64,000 bases of DNA from Eledone cirrhosa (taxonomy: Eukaryota): positions 48,112,001 through 48,176,000 of the forward strand of contig OZ024748.1 of NCBI GenBank assembly GCA_964016885.1, read 5' to 3'. A program made the position numbers and the translations under genes. Positions 25,490-37,151 of the stretch are shown in pieces; positions within the stretch are counted from its first letter, which is position 1; every line of letters starts with the position of its first letter. The notes beneath the pieces are model-generated. The model made no database searches. It was not told the DNA's origin and saw only the letters and a program-made list of their open reading frames with translations.

Positions 25490-26897
25490 TTGATTTATAT
25501 GAAGCCATCCGACATATTTTATTTATATGAAGCCATCCGACATATTTTATTTATATGAAGCCATAGAGCATATTTTATTTATATGAAGCCATCCGACATA
25601 TTTTATTTATATGAAGCCACAGCACATATTTTATTTATATGAAGCCGCAGGACATATTTTATTTATATGAAGCCATAGGACATATTTTATTTATATGAAG
25701 CCATAGGACATATTTTATTTATATGAAGCCATAGGGCATATTTTATTTATATGAAGCCATAGGGCATATTTTATTTATATGAAGCCATAGAGCATATTTT
25801 ATTTATATGAAGCCACAGGACATATTTTATTTATATGAAGCCATAGGGCATATTTTATTTATATGAAGCCACAGGACATATTTTATTTATATGAAGCCAT
25901 AGAGCATATTTTATTTATATGAAGCCATAGGGCATATTTTATTTATATGAAGCCACAGGACATATTTTACTTATATGAAGCCATAGGGCATATTTTATTT
26001 ATATGAAGCCACAGGACATATTTTATTTATATGAAGCCACAGGACATATTTTATTTATATGAAGCCATAGGGCATATTTTATTTATATGAAGCCACAGGA
26101 CATATTTTATTTATATGAAGCCATAGGGCATATTTTATTTATATGAAGCCATCCGACATATTTTATTTATATGAAGCCATCCGACATATTTTATTTATAT
26201 GAAGCCATCCGACATATTTTATTTATATGAAGCCATCCGACATATTTTATTTATATGAAGCCATCCGACATATTTTATTTATATGAAGCCATCCGACATA
26301 TTTTATTTATATGAAGCCATCCGACATATTTTATTTATATGAAGCCATAGGGCATATTTTATTTATATGAAGCCATAGAGCATATTTTATTTATATGAAG
26401 CCACAGAGCATATTTTATTTATATGAAGCCACAGGACATATTTTATTTATATGAAGCCATACAGCATATTTTATTTATAAGAAGCCATAGGGCATATTTT
26501 ATTTATATGAAGCCATAGAGCATATTTTATTTATATGAAGGCACAGGACATATTTTATTTATATGAAGCCATACAGCATATTTTATTTATATGAAGCCAT
26601 AGGGCATATTTTATTTATATGAAGCCATAGAGCATATTTTATTTATATGAAGGCACAGGACATATTTTATTTATATGAAGCCATACAGCATATTTTATTT
26701 ATATGAAGCCATAGGGCATATTTTATTTATATGAAGCCACAGGACATATTTTATTTATATGAAGGCACAGGACATATTTTATTTATATGAAGCCATACAG
26801 CATATTTTATTTATATGAAGCCATAGGGCATATTTTATTTATATGAAGCCATAGAGCATATTTTATTTATATGAAGGCACAGGACATATTTTATTTT
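25490..26897. repeat. 28-bp minisatellite (ATATTTTATTTATATGAAGCCAYNNNNC)n, left part
   Basis: About 50 units with an invariant core and a variable 5-6-nt segment. Confidence 0.97.
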
Positions 26898-29800
26898 TAT
26901 AAAAAAAACGATGTTATAAGCTTTTCTGGGTGGGAAACGACGATGGGCTGGGTGGAGTAGGAATCATGGTAGCAGAAAAGTGGGCAGATAAGATAATAGA
27001 CGTAAATAGAGTGACCGACAGAATAATTAAAATACGACTTGTCCTCAATAGAACTACGGTGACAGTAATATCTGCGTACGCACCCCAATCCGGACTGCCC
27101 GGCACTATAAAAGACAGATTCTATGAGACACTGATGCTAACTACCTCCCAAATATCCGACAGTGACTATATAATTATCGCAGGCGACCTAAATGGTCACG
27201 TTGGACAACATTGTGACGGCTACGACGAAATCCATGGAGGCTATGGGTTTGGTACTAGAAATGAGGAAGGCTCCAGAATCCTGGAATTCTGTGATGCAAA
27301 TAACCTAACTATCTGTAACACTAACTTCAAAAAACGTGACAATCACTTGATCACCTATAGATCCGGGGAACACACAAGCCAGGTAGATTATATCCTTACC
27401 AGAAGACGTGACAGAGTGTCTGTTGTAAACACTAAATCCCTCCCCCATGAAGAATGCACCTCCCAACATAGACTGATAATTAGCGACCTCATAGTCAGGA
27501 CGAGACGTACTCGACAACAGAAGAGGACTATCCTCAGGAGGAAAATATGGAAGCTAAAGGACCCCACAGCCAGGAATAAATTTCAAAGCATATTACTTGA
27601 TGCTTTCGACAGTAAGGAAGAACATTTAGAGTCGGACAATATAGAGGGAGAGTGGGAATTTCTGAAAGCAAACCTGCTGTTGGCGACAGACGAAGTCTGT
27701 GGCTGGAGCAGGCCTGTAGGCAGGAGGAGAGTAACATGGTGGTGGAACAGTAAGGTGGAGGGGTCAATTAAGGCCAAAAAGCAGGCTTGGAAAGTATGGC
27801 GGGATGGGGGAAGTAGAGAGGACTATCAAGTGGCCAGGAGGGAAGCTAGGAGACAAGTGTACTTAGCAAGAAGGGAAGCTGAGGAAAGAAAGTTCAAGCA
27901 TGTTCTACAACGCGATGACCAAAAACGTGAGGTGTTCAGGATTGCTAGGCAATGCGTCAAGGAAAACCGTGATATTGTCGGGGAGAAGTGTGTACTAAAC
28001 GACGATGGCACACTTGCCATCACCGACGCTGATAAGAAGGTAGCTTGGAAGTGTCACTATGAAAGGCTACTAAATGAGGAGAATAATTGGGAGAAAGGCA
28101 GTCTCCCCCATATCGACCCAATAGAGGGACCAGCAGTGTTAGTCGAGGGGAGTATAATAAGTAAGGCAATCAAGGATATGAAGACGGGTAAGGCGGCTGG
28201 GCCTTCGGAAATAGTTGCTGAGATGCTGAAGGCATCTGGCACGGTGGGACACACCATGGTCACCCGCATAGTTAACCAAGTCGTACAGAATGGGGTTGTT
28301 CCGAAGGACTGGCATAGCAGCATCATCGTTAACTGTTATAAGGGTAAAGGAGACGCCCTAGATAGGAGTAACTATAGAGGCATTAAATTAATCGACCAGG
28401 TCATGAAGGTCACGGAAAAAGTAATAGCGCAACTAATCAGAGAGAGAATTGACCTAGATGAAATGCAGTTCGGGTTTGTGTCAGGCAAAAGTACCACAGA
28501 CGCTCTTTTCATAGTACGACAACTACAGGAGAAGTACCTAGCTAAAGGTAAACCCCTCTACTTAGCTTTTGTCGACTTGGAGAAAGCCTTCGACAGAGTC
28601 CCCCGCTCCATTATCTGGTGGGCTCTTAGAAAACTAGGCGTTGACGAATGGCTTGTGAGGGCTATACAAGCCATGTATAAAGAAACAGTCAGCAAGGTTA
28701 GAATTAACAACAAATATAGTGAAGAGTTTAGCGTAAAAGTTGGCGTCCATCAGGGCTCTGTTCTCAGCCCACTACTATTTATTATTGCCCTTCAGGCTAT
28801 AACAGAGGAGTTCAAGACAGGCTGCCCATGGGAACTCCTATACGCAGACGACCTGACACTCATAGCGGAATCAATGGCCGAGCTAGAGAAGAAATTCCAA
28901 ACATGGAAGCACGGCCTAGAGTCAAAAGGACTTAAAATTAACCTGGCTAAGACCAAAGTACTAGTTTGTAGGAAAGAAAACAAGGCGGCGGTCCCTTCTG
29001 GGAAATGGTCGTGCTCGGTGTGTAGGAAAGGCGTAGGTAGAAACTCCATTTTATGTCCTAAATGCAAAGTATGGGTGCATAAAAGATGTAGTGGGATCAC
29101 AGGTAAGCTAACTAAGAACATAGATTTTACATGTGGCCGGTGCTCTGGTGCAATAAGTAGCAGCAAGTGCCCACAAACTACTAGCTCTTTCAATTGCGCA
29201 GAGGGTTCTATAGAAATAGTGGACAGCTTCCGTTACCTGGGCGATAAAATCAGCAGTGGGGGAGGGTGCTCTGAAAGTACTGTAGCTAGAGTCAGAACTG
29301 GTTGGAAAAAGTTCAGAGAGCTTATACCACTATTAGCTGCTAAAGGGTTCTCACTAAAAATGAAAGGCAGGTTGTACGATGCCTGCATACGAACAGCAAT
29401 GCTGCATGGCAGTGAGACCTGGGCATTGTGTGCAGAGGATATACGCAGACTAGAGAGGAACGAAGCTTGCATGCTCCGCTGGATGTGTAACAGTAATATA
29501 CGTGAACGGCAAAGCATAAACGAACTAAGGAAAAAATTAGAGATAAGAGGGATCAGATGTTGTTTACTCGAGAGAAGGCTACGTTGGTATGGACACGTGA
29601 TGCGCATGAAAGTCGATAGCTGTATAACAAAGTGCAGGGCAATAAAGATAGACGGTAGTCACGGAATAGGCAGACCTAGAAAAACCTGGGACGAGCTGAT
29701 AAACTCCGACATCACACACTTACACCTCTCCAAGACAATGTCACTGGACCGAGACCTTTGGCGGTACTCAGTAACAGAGAAGACCCGCCTTACCTAAATA

Positions 29801-30193
29801 TATAGTAAAACCTACTCCAGCCAGTAGGCATCCCTAACAAAATACACCCCGTCCCACCACCCCCACCCCTACCCCATCCACACCACCCCGTTCTATGTAA
29901 AGTTATGTTGGTGCCGCGCCATCGAGGCCGAAACAAATGAGATCGTGTAGGTGTCACGACAAAAAAACACACAGTCCACGCTGTAATGTGGCCGTGTAGG
30001 CAACACGGTAAAAACCTCCCAGACCCACACTGTAAATGTGGTTGGTGTTAGGAAGGGCATCCAACTGTAGAAAACCTGCCAGACAGTCCTATGCGAGCAA
30101 GACAATCACTCTTGCCTCAAGTGGGACTACCCCCGTCCAAACCCATGCAAGCGTGGAACACGGACGTTAAACGTTGATGATGATGATGATGAT
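26898..30193 (+). mobile_element. RTE-clade LINE, slightly 5'-truncated, inserted in the 28-bp satellite
   Basis: Single open ORF to 29797, then a ~400-bp 3' UTR ending GGACGTTAAACG(TTGATGATG)n; the satellite resumes at 30194. Confidence 0.95.
26930..29797 (+). CDS. RTE LINE ORF: AP endonuclease + reverse transcriptase + PHD finger (N-terminus truncated)
   Basis: 955 aa without stops: YAP, GDLNGHVG and SQH(R) APE motifs; FVDLEKAFD, GVHQGSVLSP and YADD RT motifs; C4HC3 CSVC..CPKC..VHKRC..CGRC. Confidence 0.93.
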   Translation: MGNDDGLGGVGIMVAEKWADKIIDVNRVTDRIIKIRLVLNRTTVTVISAYAPQSGLPGTIKDRFYETLMLTTSQISDSDYIIIAGDLNGHVGQHCDGYDEIHGGYGFGTRNEEGSRILEFCDANNLTICNTNFKKRDNHLITYRSGEHTSQVDYILTRRRDRVSVVNTKSLPHEECTSQHRLIISDLIVRTRRTRQQKRTILRRKIWKLKDPTARNKFQSILLDAFDSKEEHLESDNIEGEWEFLKANLLLATDEVCGWSRPVGRRRVTWWWNSKVEGSIKAKKQAWKVWRDGGSREDYQVARREARRQVYLARREAEERKFKHVLQRDDQKREVFRIARQCVKENRDIVGEKCVLNDDGTLAITDADKKVAWKCHYERLLNEENNWEKGSLPHIDPIEGPAVLVEGSIISKAIKDMKTGKAAGPSEIVAEMLKASGTVGHTMVTRIVNQVVQNGVVPKDWHSSIIVNCYKGKGDALDRSNYRGIKLIDQVMKVTEKVIAQLIRERIDLDEMQFGFVSGKSTTDALFIVRQLQEKYLAKGKPLYLAFVDLEKAFDRVPRSIIWWALRKLGVDEWLVRAIQAMYKETVSKVRINNKYSEEFSVKVGVHQGSVLSPLLFIIALQAITEEFKTGCPWELLYADDLTLIAESMAELEKKFQTWKHGLESKGLKINLAKTKVLVCRKENKAAVPSGKWSCSVCRKGVGRNSILCPKCKVWVHKRCSGITGKLTKNIDFTCGRCSGAISSSKCPQTTSSFNCAEGSIEIVDSFRYLGDKISSGGGCSESTVARVRTGWKKFRELIPLLAAKGFSLKMKGRLYDACIRTAMLHGSETWALCAEDIRRLERNEACMLRWMCNSNIRERQSINELRKKLEIRGIRCCLLERRLRWYGHVMRMKVDSCITKCRAIKIDGSHGIGRPRKTWDELINSDITHLHLSKTMSLDRDLWRYSVTEKTRLT

Positions 30194-30472
30194 GAAGCCA
30201 TAGAGCATATTTTATTTATATGAAGCCACAGGGCATATTTTATTTATATGAAGCCATAGGGCATATTTTATTTATATGGAGCCACAGGACATATTTTATT
30301 TATATGAAGCCACAGGGTATATTTTATTTATATGAAGTCACAGGACATATTTTATTTATATGAAGCCACAGGACATATTTTACTTATATGAAGCCATAGG
30401 GCATATTTTATTTATATGAAGCCACAGGACATATTTTATTTATATGAAGCCATAGGGCATATTTTATTTATG
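30194..30472. repeat. 28-bp minisatellite, right part
   Basis: Same unit as 25490-26897. Confidence 0.96.
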
Positions 30473-30627
30473 TACTTTTTTTATTATTGATTTTTGTGTA
30501 ACAGGGTTGTCTGCAGCTTCATTTTCAAATGGAATAAAATTTTAAAACTAATTCTTTTCCATCCTGTGGCATTTGAGTGGAGCTGAATCACAGCTCTGAC
30601 ACTATGAGCATCATCATCATCATCATC

Positions 30628-30872
30628 ATCGTGCTTAGAATGTCTCAGGAAAGAATCGTTGGACAGATTTTACAAGCAAAACCAATTGGCAGGAAACCGA
30701 GGGGTAAACCCCAAGCAAGCCGGTTAGATAACATCCATGAGCTCGGCTGATCTAGCTTGGGAATCCAGCTGAATCAATTGGGGATGATTGCTTCTGACAG
30801 GACTTGTTGGACAGTTTGTTTGAGGACTCTGCACCCCTACGGCCTTCCCAGAAATAACTGGGCAAAGAAGAA
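30628..30872 (+). mobile_element. RTE-clade LINE 3' fragment (third family)
   Basis: VLRMSQERIVGQILQAKPIGRKPRGKP C-terminal motif. Confidence 0.6.
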
Positions 30873-31039
30873 GGGTCACTGATAACGAGGTTCTTATCAT
30901 TGTTGGTGGCTTGCTTTACTGACATAACAGGTGATACCTGTGAGGGTGCTTGGATATTTCAGCACCCGAGGCTCACTATCATCCAGCCTTACTGACATAT
31001 AAAGTAATACCTGTGAGGGTGCTTGGATATTCCATCACC

Positions 31040-31285
31040 TGAGGCTCATTAGGCTGGTGCTTATCTCAGTTTCTGTGGCATCAAGCAACTAAAAGTACAA
31101 GACTTTCGCCTGGACAGGATGCCAGTCCATCACAGGGTTAAACTCCCAGCTACTGTTGGTATTCATTTTCAGCTGAGTATACTGGAAATGAAGTGTTTTG
31201 CTCAAGAACACTACACACAACCTGGTCCAGGAATTGAACCCACAACATTATAATCATAAATCCAACACCCTTATCACTAGGTGCT
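31040..31285 (-). mobile_element. Diverged tRNA/CORE-type SINE (related remnant at ~5190-5345)
   Basis: B box GGTTCAATTCC and CORE-like TCTTGAGCAAAACACTTCATTTCCAGTATACTCAGCTG. Confidence 0.65.
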
Positions 31286-31402
31286 CAGCTATTCCAGTGT
31301 CTTAACCATGCTATCATCCATGGCAATGTTACTTTAAAGACTCCAGTGCTCCTTATTGTAGGATGTAATTAAGCCTGCAGTTTATGAATTGCTACATATT
31401 AA

Positions 31403-31623
31403 CCCTTTAGCATTTACATTACTCTATATATACTATTGTATTTTCACGGTAAAGCCTTTATCTCGCATAATTATCTCACATAATATTGAATCTATGAGAT
31501 TTTGATATTCTTTATTTTGAGAACAATACCTTAACATCAGTATGAGTGGTAAGTTACGGCCAGTTTGAACAGAAAGAAGTGAGAGAATTCTGGCTGGTTA
31601 CAGCCTGTTTAAATGCTAAAGGG
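31403..31623. mobile_element. piggyBac-like MITE
   Basis: 14-bp TIR CCCTTTAGCATTTA / TAAATGCTAAAGGG with TTAA on both sides. Confidence 0.85.
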
Positions 31624-31689
31624 TTAAAGGCACTATCAAATGATATATAAAATACTATGTAATGTTTTCAATGGAAATATATTATGTTA

Positions 31690-32185
31690 TATTGTTATTA
31701 TTATTGTTTCTTTGCTCAGCTTCTAATGCTGAAAATGTATTACAGTGTTAGCTGTTCACTACCAGTGAACTGAGGTAACAACCCTTATTTTTCGGGCACC
31801 CTCTGGAGTATTTGAGCTGTTCCAAGCAATGTTGTTTTTTTAAGTGTTCCATCTGTATTGCAATCCCTATTTGTTTAATGTACTTCTCAAGATCTTTACT
31901 CACTGTTTCCAAGACTCCAACTATTATTAGTATTACCACCACCTGGTAATATGCCATTCATGCCACAAATTCTACACTTATCACTTTCTGCTGTGAGGTC
32001 TACTCTATGTTTGATGTAGTTAGTTCTTAGTACTTGTTCTTGAACAGCACAGATTAAGGTTTCTGTTTCCAGTTTTATATCACTTTTAGTTATCCATAAT
32101 CACCTTTTTTCTCTGTCTTATCTTCAACATCGCTATGGAATTGTCCATACATTCTTCCTTCTGTCCATCTACTTTCAGTTTACAT
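31690..32185 (-). mobile_element. R4/Dong-like 3' fragment, decayed
   Basis: RMYGQFHSD, KSDIKLETETLICAVQEQ and IIVGVLETV motifs; (AAT)n tail. Confidence 0.7.
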
Positions 32186-32189
32186 ACAC

Positions 32190-33853
32190 TGTTTGAGCTG
32201 CCCACTCTGTGTGGTCAATTTTTTCAATCACTCCCATTATTGCCAATCTATCTAATTTTTTGTTGACTTGATCTAATGTTGGAAACAGTACACTTCATTT
32301 GGGTTTAAATACACGTGTTGCATTGTTTTTCACTTGAAATTTAGCTTTAGTTTTAGTACAATAACCTAACTCATCTGAAAAAATATCGGAGAACCACCTT
32401 TTAAATTCTTTTTTTTAATTTTCTGACATTTTGTTTGAACTGGCTGACGACCCAATTACATTTTTACAAAACATATTTATGGGTAAATCTCATAACTCGA
32501 ACAGCTACATCCAGTCAGTATACAAAAAATTTATTGTATTTCTTAATACATAAGCTTTAGCTTTTACAGTCTTGCCACGAAATGTAACGTTACTTACTAT
32601 TTTGCCTTTAAAAAATAATTTCTTCCCCAAAACGCCACGTGCAATATTCAAGGTTTTATTTAATGTAAATTTCCCGGTTACTGATCACATGTCTTCACGG
32701 ATTATAGTAATGTCACTACCTGTATCTAACTGCAATTTCACATTCACGTTGTTCATTTTTACCTACACAAATCTCCTTTGAGTTTCATTAACTTTTTTTC
32801 CACTGATAACATGTTTACATATTTTTTCCTGTTGAACCTTTTTCTTGGTTTTGTTTTGTAGCATGATTTTTTATGTCCTATTCTCCCACTCAAAGGACTT
32901 TAAGCTTTTAAAAGGACAATCCTACCTGAAGTGCAATCCTCCACATCCAAAACATAGATTAATTTTTTGTTTTCCATTTTTTTTACTTTTGGTCACACCG
33001 ACTGTACATGAGAGTAGTCTCTCTCTTCCATTCTTTCCATACCATGTCTCAGATTCATAATTCTCTGATATTCCTCAGAAATTTCCTGTAATGTTAAGTT
33101 CTGATTCTGCTCTAATTTTGTCAGAATTCTTGTACGAATTTCCGCATCTTTCTTTGCAGTTAATCCTTGCATGAAAATGAAGCATTTAAACATGTTTGGG
33201 GTTAGTTCGTTAAGTTTAAATTTTTCGCATTCCTTGTTAACATTCCCAGCAAACATAACAAAATATTCGTCCTCTTTTTTCGCCAGATTCATACACTGCC
33301 AATGGGTGTTAAATAAAGAACTTTTTTTGCTATAAATTTTTGACAGGATATTTACTGTTTCCTCAAAACAGATCCCACCTGGTTTCTTCGGTAGTATATA
33401 GTTGCAGTATTTTTCATGCTCAACAAAAGTTGTATTTTTTTCTCATCTTCTTGGAAAATTTCCTCCTGTCTTCTAAAGTAAGTGGAGAAGGTAATGCCTT
33501 CATCTGGGTGAACATACTTGATGTATTTTCCATTTTCTTCAGTATTAATTCTATTAACTGTTGTTGTTGTTATTGAAAGTGTACCACTTTCATATTAAGG
33601 AGATTCTATTTTATTATTATTTTTTTTTGACAAGAAAAAAACCCCAGTCTAATGTAAGCTTTGAATAACTCGTCGCCACTGTTATAATGGGGTGTAACAC
33701 CTGTTAGTATATCTGTACGAATGAAGGTAAAACCAAAGTATTCACCAGACCTAATTTCGAACTACCAATGAAATCACTACAATGAGACTTTGTATACACA
33801 GTCTACTTCAGTTATTATTTAGAGACATTTCGCCTAGTCCGATTTTAGTTACA
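32190..33853 (-). mobile_element. Ty3/Gypsy (Mag/K02A2.6-like) LTR retrotransposon remnant: 5' LTR, PBS, gag, protease, start of RT
   Basis: LTR 33680-33853 (TGTAAC...ATAACA), PBS TGGCGACGAG at 33669-33678, gag FKCFIFMQGL, knuckle CFGCGGLH..DC and protease LQLDTGS. Confidence 0.85.
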
Positions 33854-33997
33854 TGGGGTGTTCATGTTTTCCCTACAACAGTCCTTCAAGAGAGTATCTA
33901 TACTGGCCTGTATTCTCCTTTTTCACCATGGCTCTTTTTTTTGTCTCCTTTATTGTTTTTCTTTGCCTTAACATCTACACCCATAATTTCAGCTACA

Positions 33998-34172
33998 ATA
34001 ATTGTTTCTACTTTTGGCACAAGGCCAGTAATTACCCCAGTGCATTACTGGTACTTTATTTTATCAACTCCATAAGGACGAAAGGCAAAGTTAATCTTGG
34101 CGGGATTTGAATTAAGAAAGCAAAGGGTTGCAAAGCATGTTGTCTGATGCTCTACCGATATTGCCAATCCAC
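33998..34172 (-). mobile_element. tRNA-derived SINE family A (diverged)
   Basis: Family A head, central domain and tail. Confidence 0.8.
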
Positions 34173-34174
34173 TG

Positions 34175-34680
34175 CCCTTTTTGCTACAACAATACTTGCT
34201 GACTTTACCAAGTCATTTGTTTCTGTGATGTTATTTCCTTTGATGTATTTCAGAACTTCATTCACCTTATAAGTTTCTTGGCTCAGTTTGCATTGGTCAA
34301 CCTTCTTTAGGTTGCAAATAAGATTCCTATTTTCCTCCTGTAACCTTGTCTTTATTCTGCTGTATGTCACCTTCTGTTCACCAGTCATGTTTTCATCAAT
34401 TTCATTGTCTTCCATACCATCTACATTTCTCTTACCAAATAAACCATCTCTATCCTGTTTCTGTGGGTTACCAGAAATCTCTTCACTCTTGTCCTCTGCT
34501 GTAGTTTCCCTTTCCTCATTAAAACCTTCATTTTCACCATTTCTTTCACTGCTGTTTTCTGATACCCATCTTTTGATAGCTTCAAATTCCACTTCTGTTA
34601 ACCAGCGGTTTTTTCTTATTGCTCTGGCTTGGTTACATAACCTCTGCTCCGTGAGTTGAAACAAGCCTCTTTCAGAACGT
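34175..34680 (-). mobile_element. N-terminal fragment of an R4/Dong-like ORF
   Basis: LFQLTEQRLCNQARAIRKNRWLTEVE and ITETNDLV motifs, recalled as typical of this family's N-terminus. Confidence 0.6.
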
Positions 34681-35242
34681 AAAGGGTCATAACTCTATGC
34701 TGCTTTATTTATTTAACATATGAGGTAGCGATTATTAGGTTGCACAACTCCCAGTGTTTTTATAATGACACCATCACTATTGTTATTATAATAAACAATT
34801 ATCACCATCATCATTATTGAACTTATCACCACCATCATCTTCCCCATCACCACTTGGAGATTGGAATGTCCTCAGGCGCTCACTGCCCTAGACCAGTCGG
34901 GCAATGTGATCGGTGGAAACTCCATCTTGGCGTTCTATAGAGGATTAGTGGTAGACAGTATAGACAGTATGGCTTCACCTCTTCCCACTGTAAAGTGGTC
35001 ATGTAGGCGCCACAGCAAAAATCACCCAGTACACACTGTAAATGAGGTTGGTGTTAGGAAGGGCATCCAGTTGTAGAAACCATGCCAAAATCAGTTCTGT
35101 ATGAGCAAGACATGGTCACCTGACCTGGCATTGCCCACAACAGAACTCGTCTAACACATGCTAGCATGGAAGAATGGACGTAAAACGGTGATGGTGATTC
35201 TTCTTCTTCTTATTATTATTATTATCTACTTAGTAAATGAGG

Positions 35243-35465
35243 GTGGTGGTTTGGCAGTATTGATAGAGAGTCAAACAACATACTTTGTGGCATATAGTTA
35301 CAGCCCTTTACATTCTGAGTTGAAATACTGCCAAGGTTAGCTTCACTTCCCAGCCTTACGAGGTCGATAAAAGAATGACCCAGTAATGCACTGGGGTCAA
35401 TTTAATCGACTTTCTTTTCCCCCAAATTGTTGGCATTGAGCCTAAATAAGAAACCATTATTATTT
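35243..35465 (+). mobile_element. tRNA-derived SINE family A (old copy)
   Basis: GGTTTGGCAGTATTGATAGAG head and CCTTACGAGGTCGATAAA core. Confidence 0.7.
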
Positions 35466-35578
35466 ACTTAGCAAATGATTATCCATAAAGGATTTTGTCT
35501 CTTTTGACTATTTAAAAATTGTTACTTAATTCTTAACATCCTGTAATGATTTAGTAGAAAATTCCTATAAACAGATTT

Positions 35579-35954
35579 CATCATCATCATCATTTTACAT
35601 CCGCTTGCAAGGGTGGGACGGGAACTGATTCTGGCTTGATTTCTATAGCTGGATGCCCTTCCTAACACCAACCTCATTTACAGTGAGTGCTGGGTGTTTT
35701 TTTTCTGTGGTGCCTACACGTCCACTTTACAGCGAGTGCTGGGTGATTTTTTGCCATGGCACCTCTACGACTACTTTGCAGTGGAATGATAGGGACCCCA
35801 GTCCCTATCATCTCATTTCTACAGCTGAGTAAACTGGAGCAATGTGAAATAAAGTGTCTTGCTCAAGGAAACAACGCATCACGTGGTCTGAGAATTGAAC
35901 TCACACCTTTCGATTGCCAGGCCAATGCTCTAACCACTAAGCCATGTGCCTCCA
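35579..35954 (-). mobile_element. tRNA-CORE SINE family B with RTE-derived tail
   Basis: Reverse complement matches 38776-39118. Confidence 0.88.
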
Positions 35955-36538
35955 TTTGTTCATTCCAATACATATAGTATCTTTCCTGGTGGACAGATCA
36001 TTGGGAAAATGTGCAGTAAACTATCTTCAATTTTTAATGTTGTGCAGTCACAGTGCTATTTTGTACTTTTCAAGAATGTCTTGTTAATGTAGTCTTGTAC
36101 AGTATAGGATGTTAGGAGTTAAAGTATATCTCTTTCAGTTAACATCTCACACAGAGTGTTAAATGGCTGTTAATAGCATTTATGAAATTCCATATTCGTT
36201 TATTTAAATTTGTAGGTCCTCAAGATAAGTCGCATATGGAGACATAAACAATTGAATCTTAATAAATCAAAATATGGTTCCACTATGAACAGGGTATAGT
36301 GCAGTCAACTGGCCAGACCCCCTCATAACAGGACCACCCAGTTCCACACTGTAAACATGGTTGGTATTAGAGCGGGCATCCAGCTGTAAAAAACCCCAGC
36401 CAAAATACAGTTCCATTTGAGTAAGGTACGGCGTAGCCAAATAGTCAGACTTTTCTCATAATGTTGATACGTCTAAACTATGCTAGCACGGAGAAATAAG
36501 ACGTTAAATGGTGGTGGTGGTGGTGGTGGTGGTGGTGG

Positions 36539-36599
<61 letters not shown>

Positions 36600-37151
36600 T
36601 AAATCTTATTATTATACAGTCCAGTAACAGATTCATGGGTGTTAATTTTCTGAGTACAAGGCAAACACAGGCACAAACAACTGACACTTATATATATATA
36701 TAAATTTTTCTTGATAATCTATTTATTTTATATTCTGTTTACTGATTTATTTATTTAAGTACATATTTATGCCTAAAATATGAGTGATTTCTGCAGCTAT
36801 GCCATGCAAAGAATGATGGTGTATGTTGAATGCCATGAAATTTGTAACAGGATCCCCAATATCCTACATGACTAGGAAAAACAACAAGACTCGTTAAAAC
36901 ACGTCTTGCATTGAAATAAAAGATTAATCATGTATTGAATTTAACACTTTGAAGCCAATCAATTCCTATCTTTCAATGATGCAAGCAGCTTATCTCCAAC
37001 ATATATTAAATGGAGCTTGAAATAACTCTTTTATGCATCTGTTTCAGCATGCTCAAACACAGGACTAATACTTACAATAATATTGATGTGACACTGGCCT
37101 CACTCTCCTAAAACCCAGTGGTGATACAAATCTTGGTTAACACCTACAATA

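Noticed and set aside
25490-26897. CRISPR-like look (constant repeat with variable insert)
   Set aside because: The variable part is only 5-6 nt and reused, there are no cas genes, and the context is eukaryotic.
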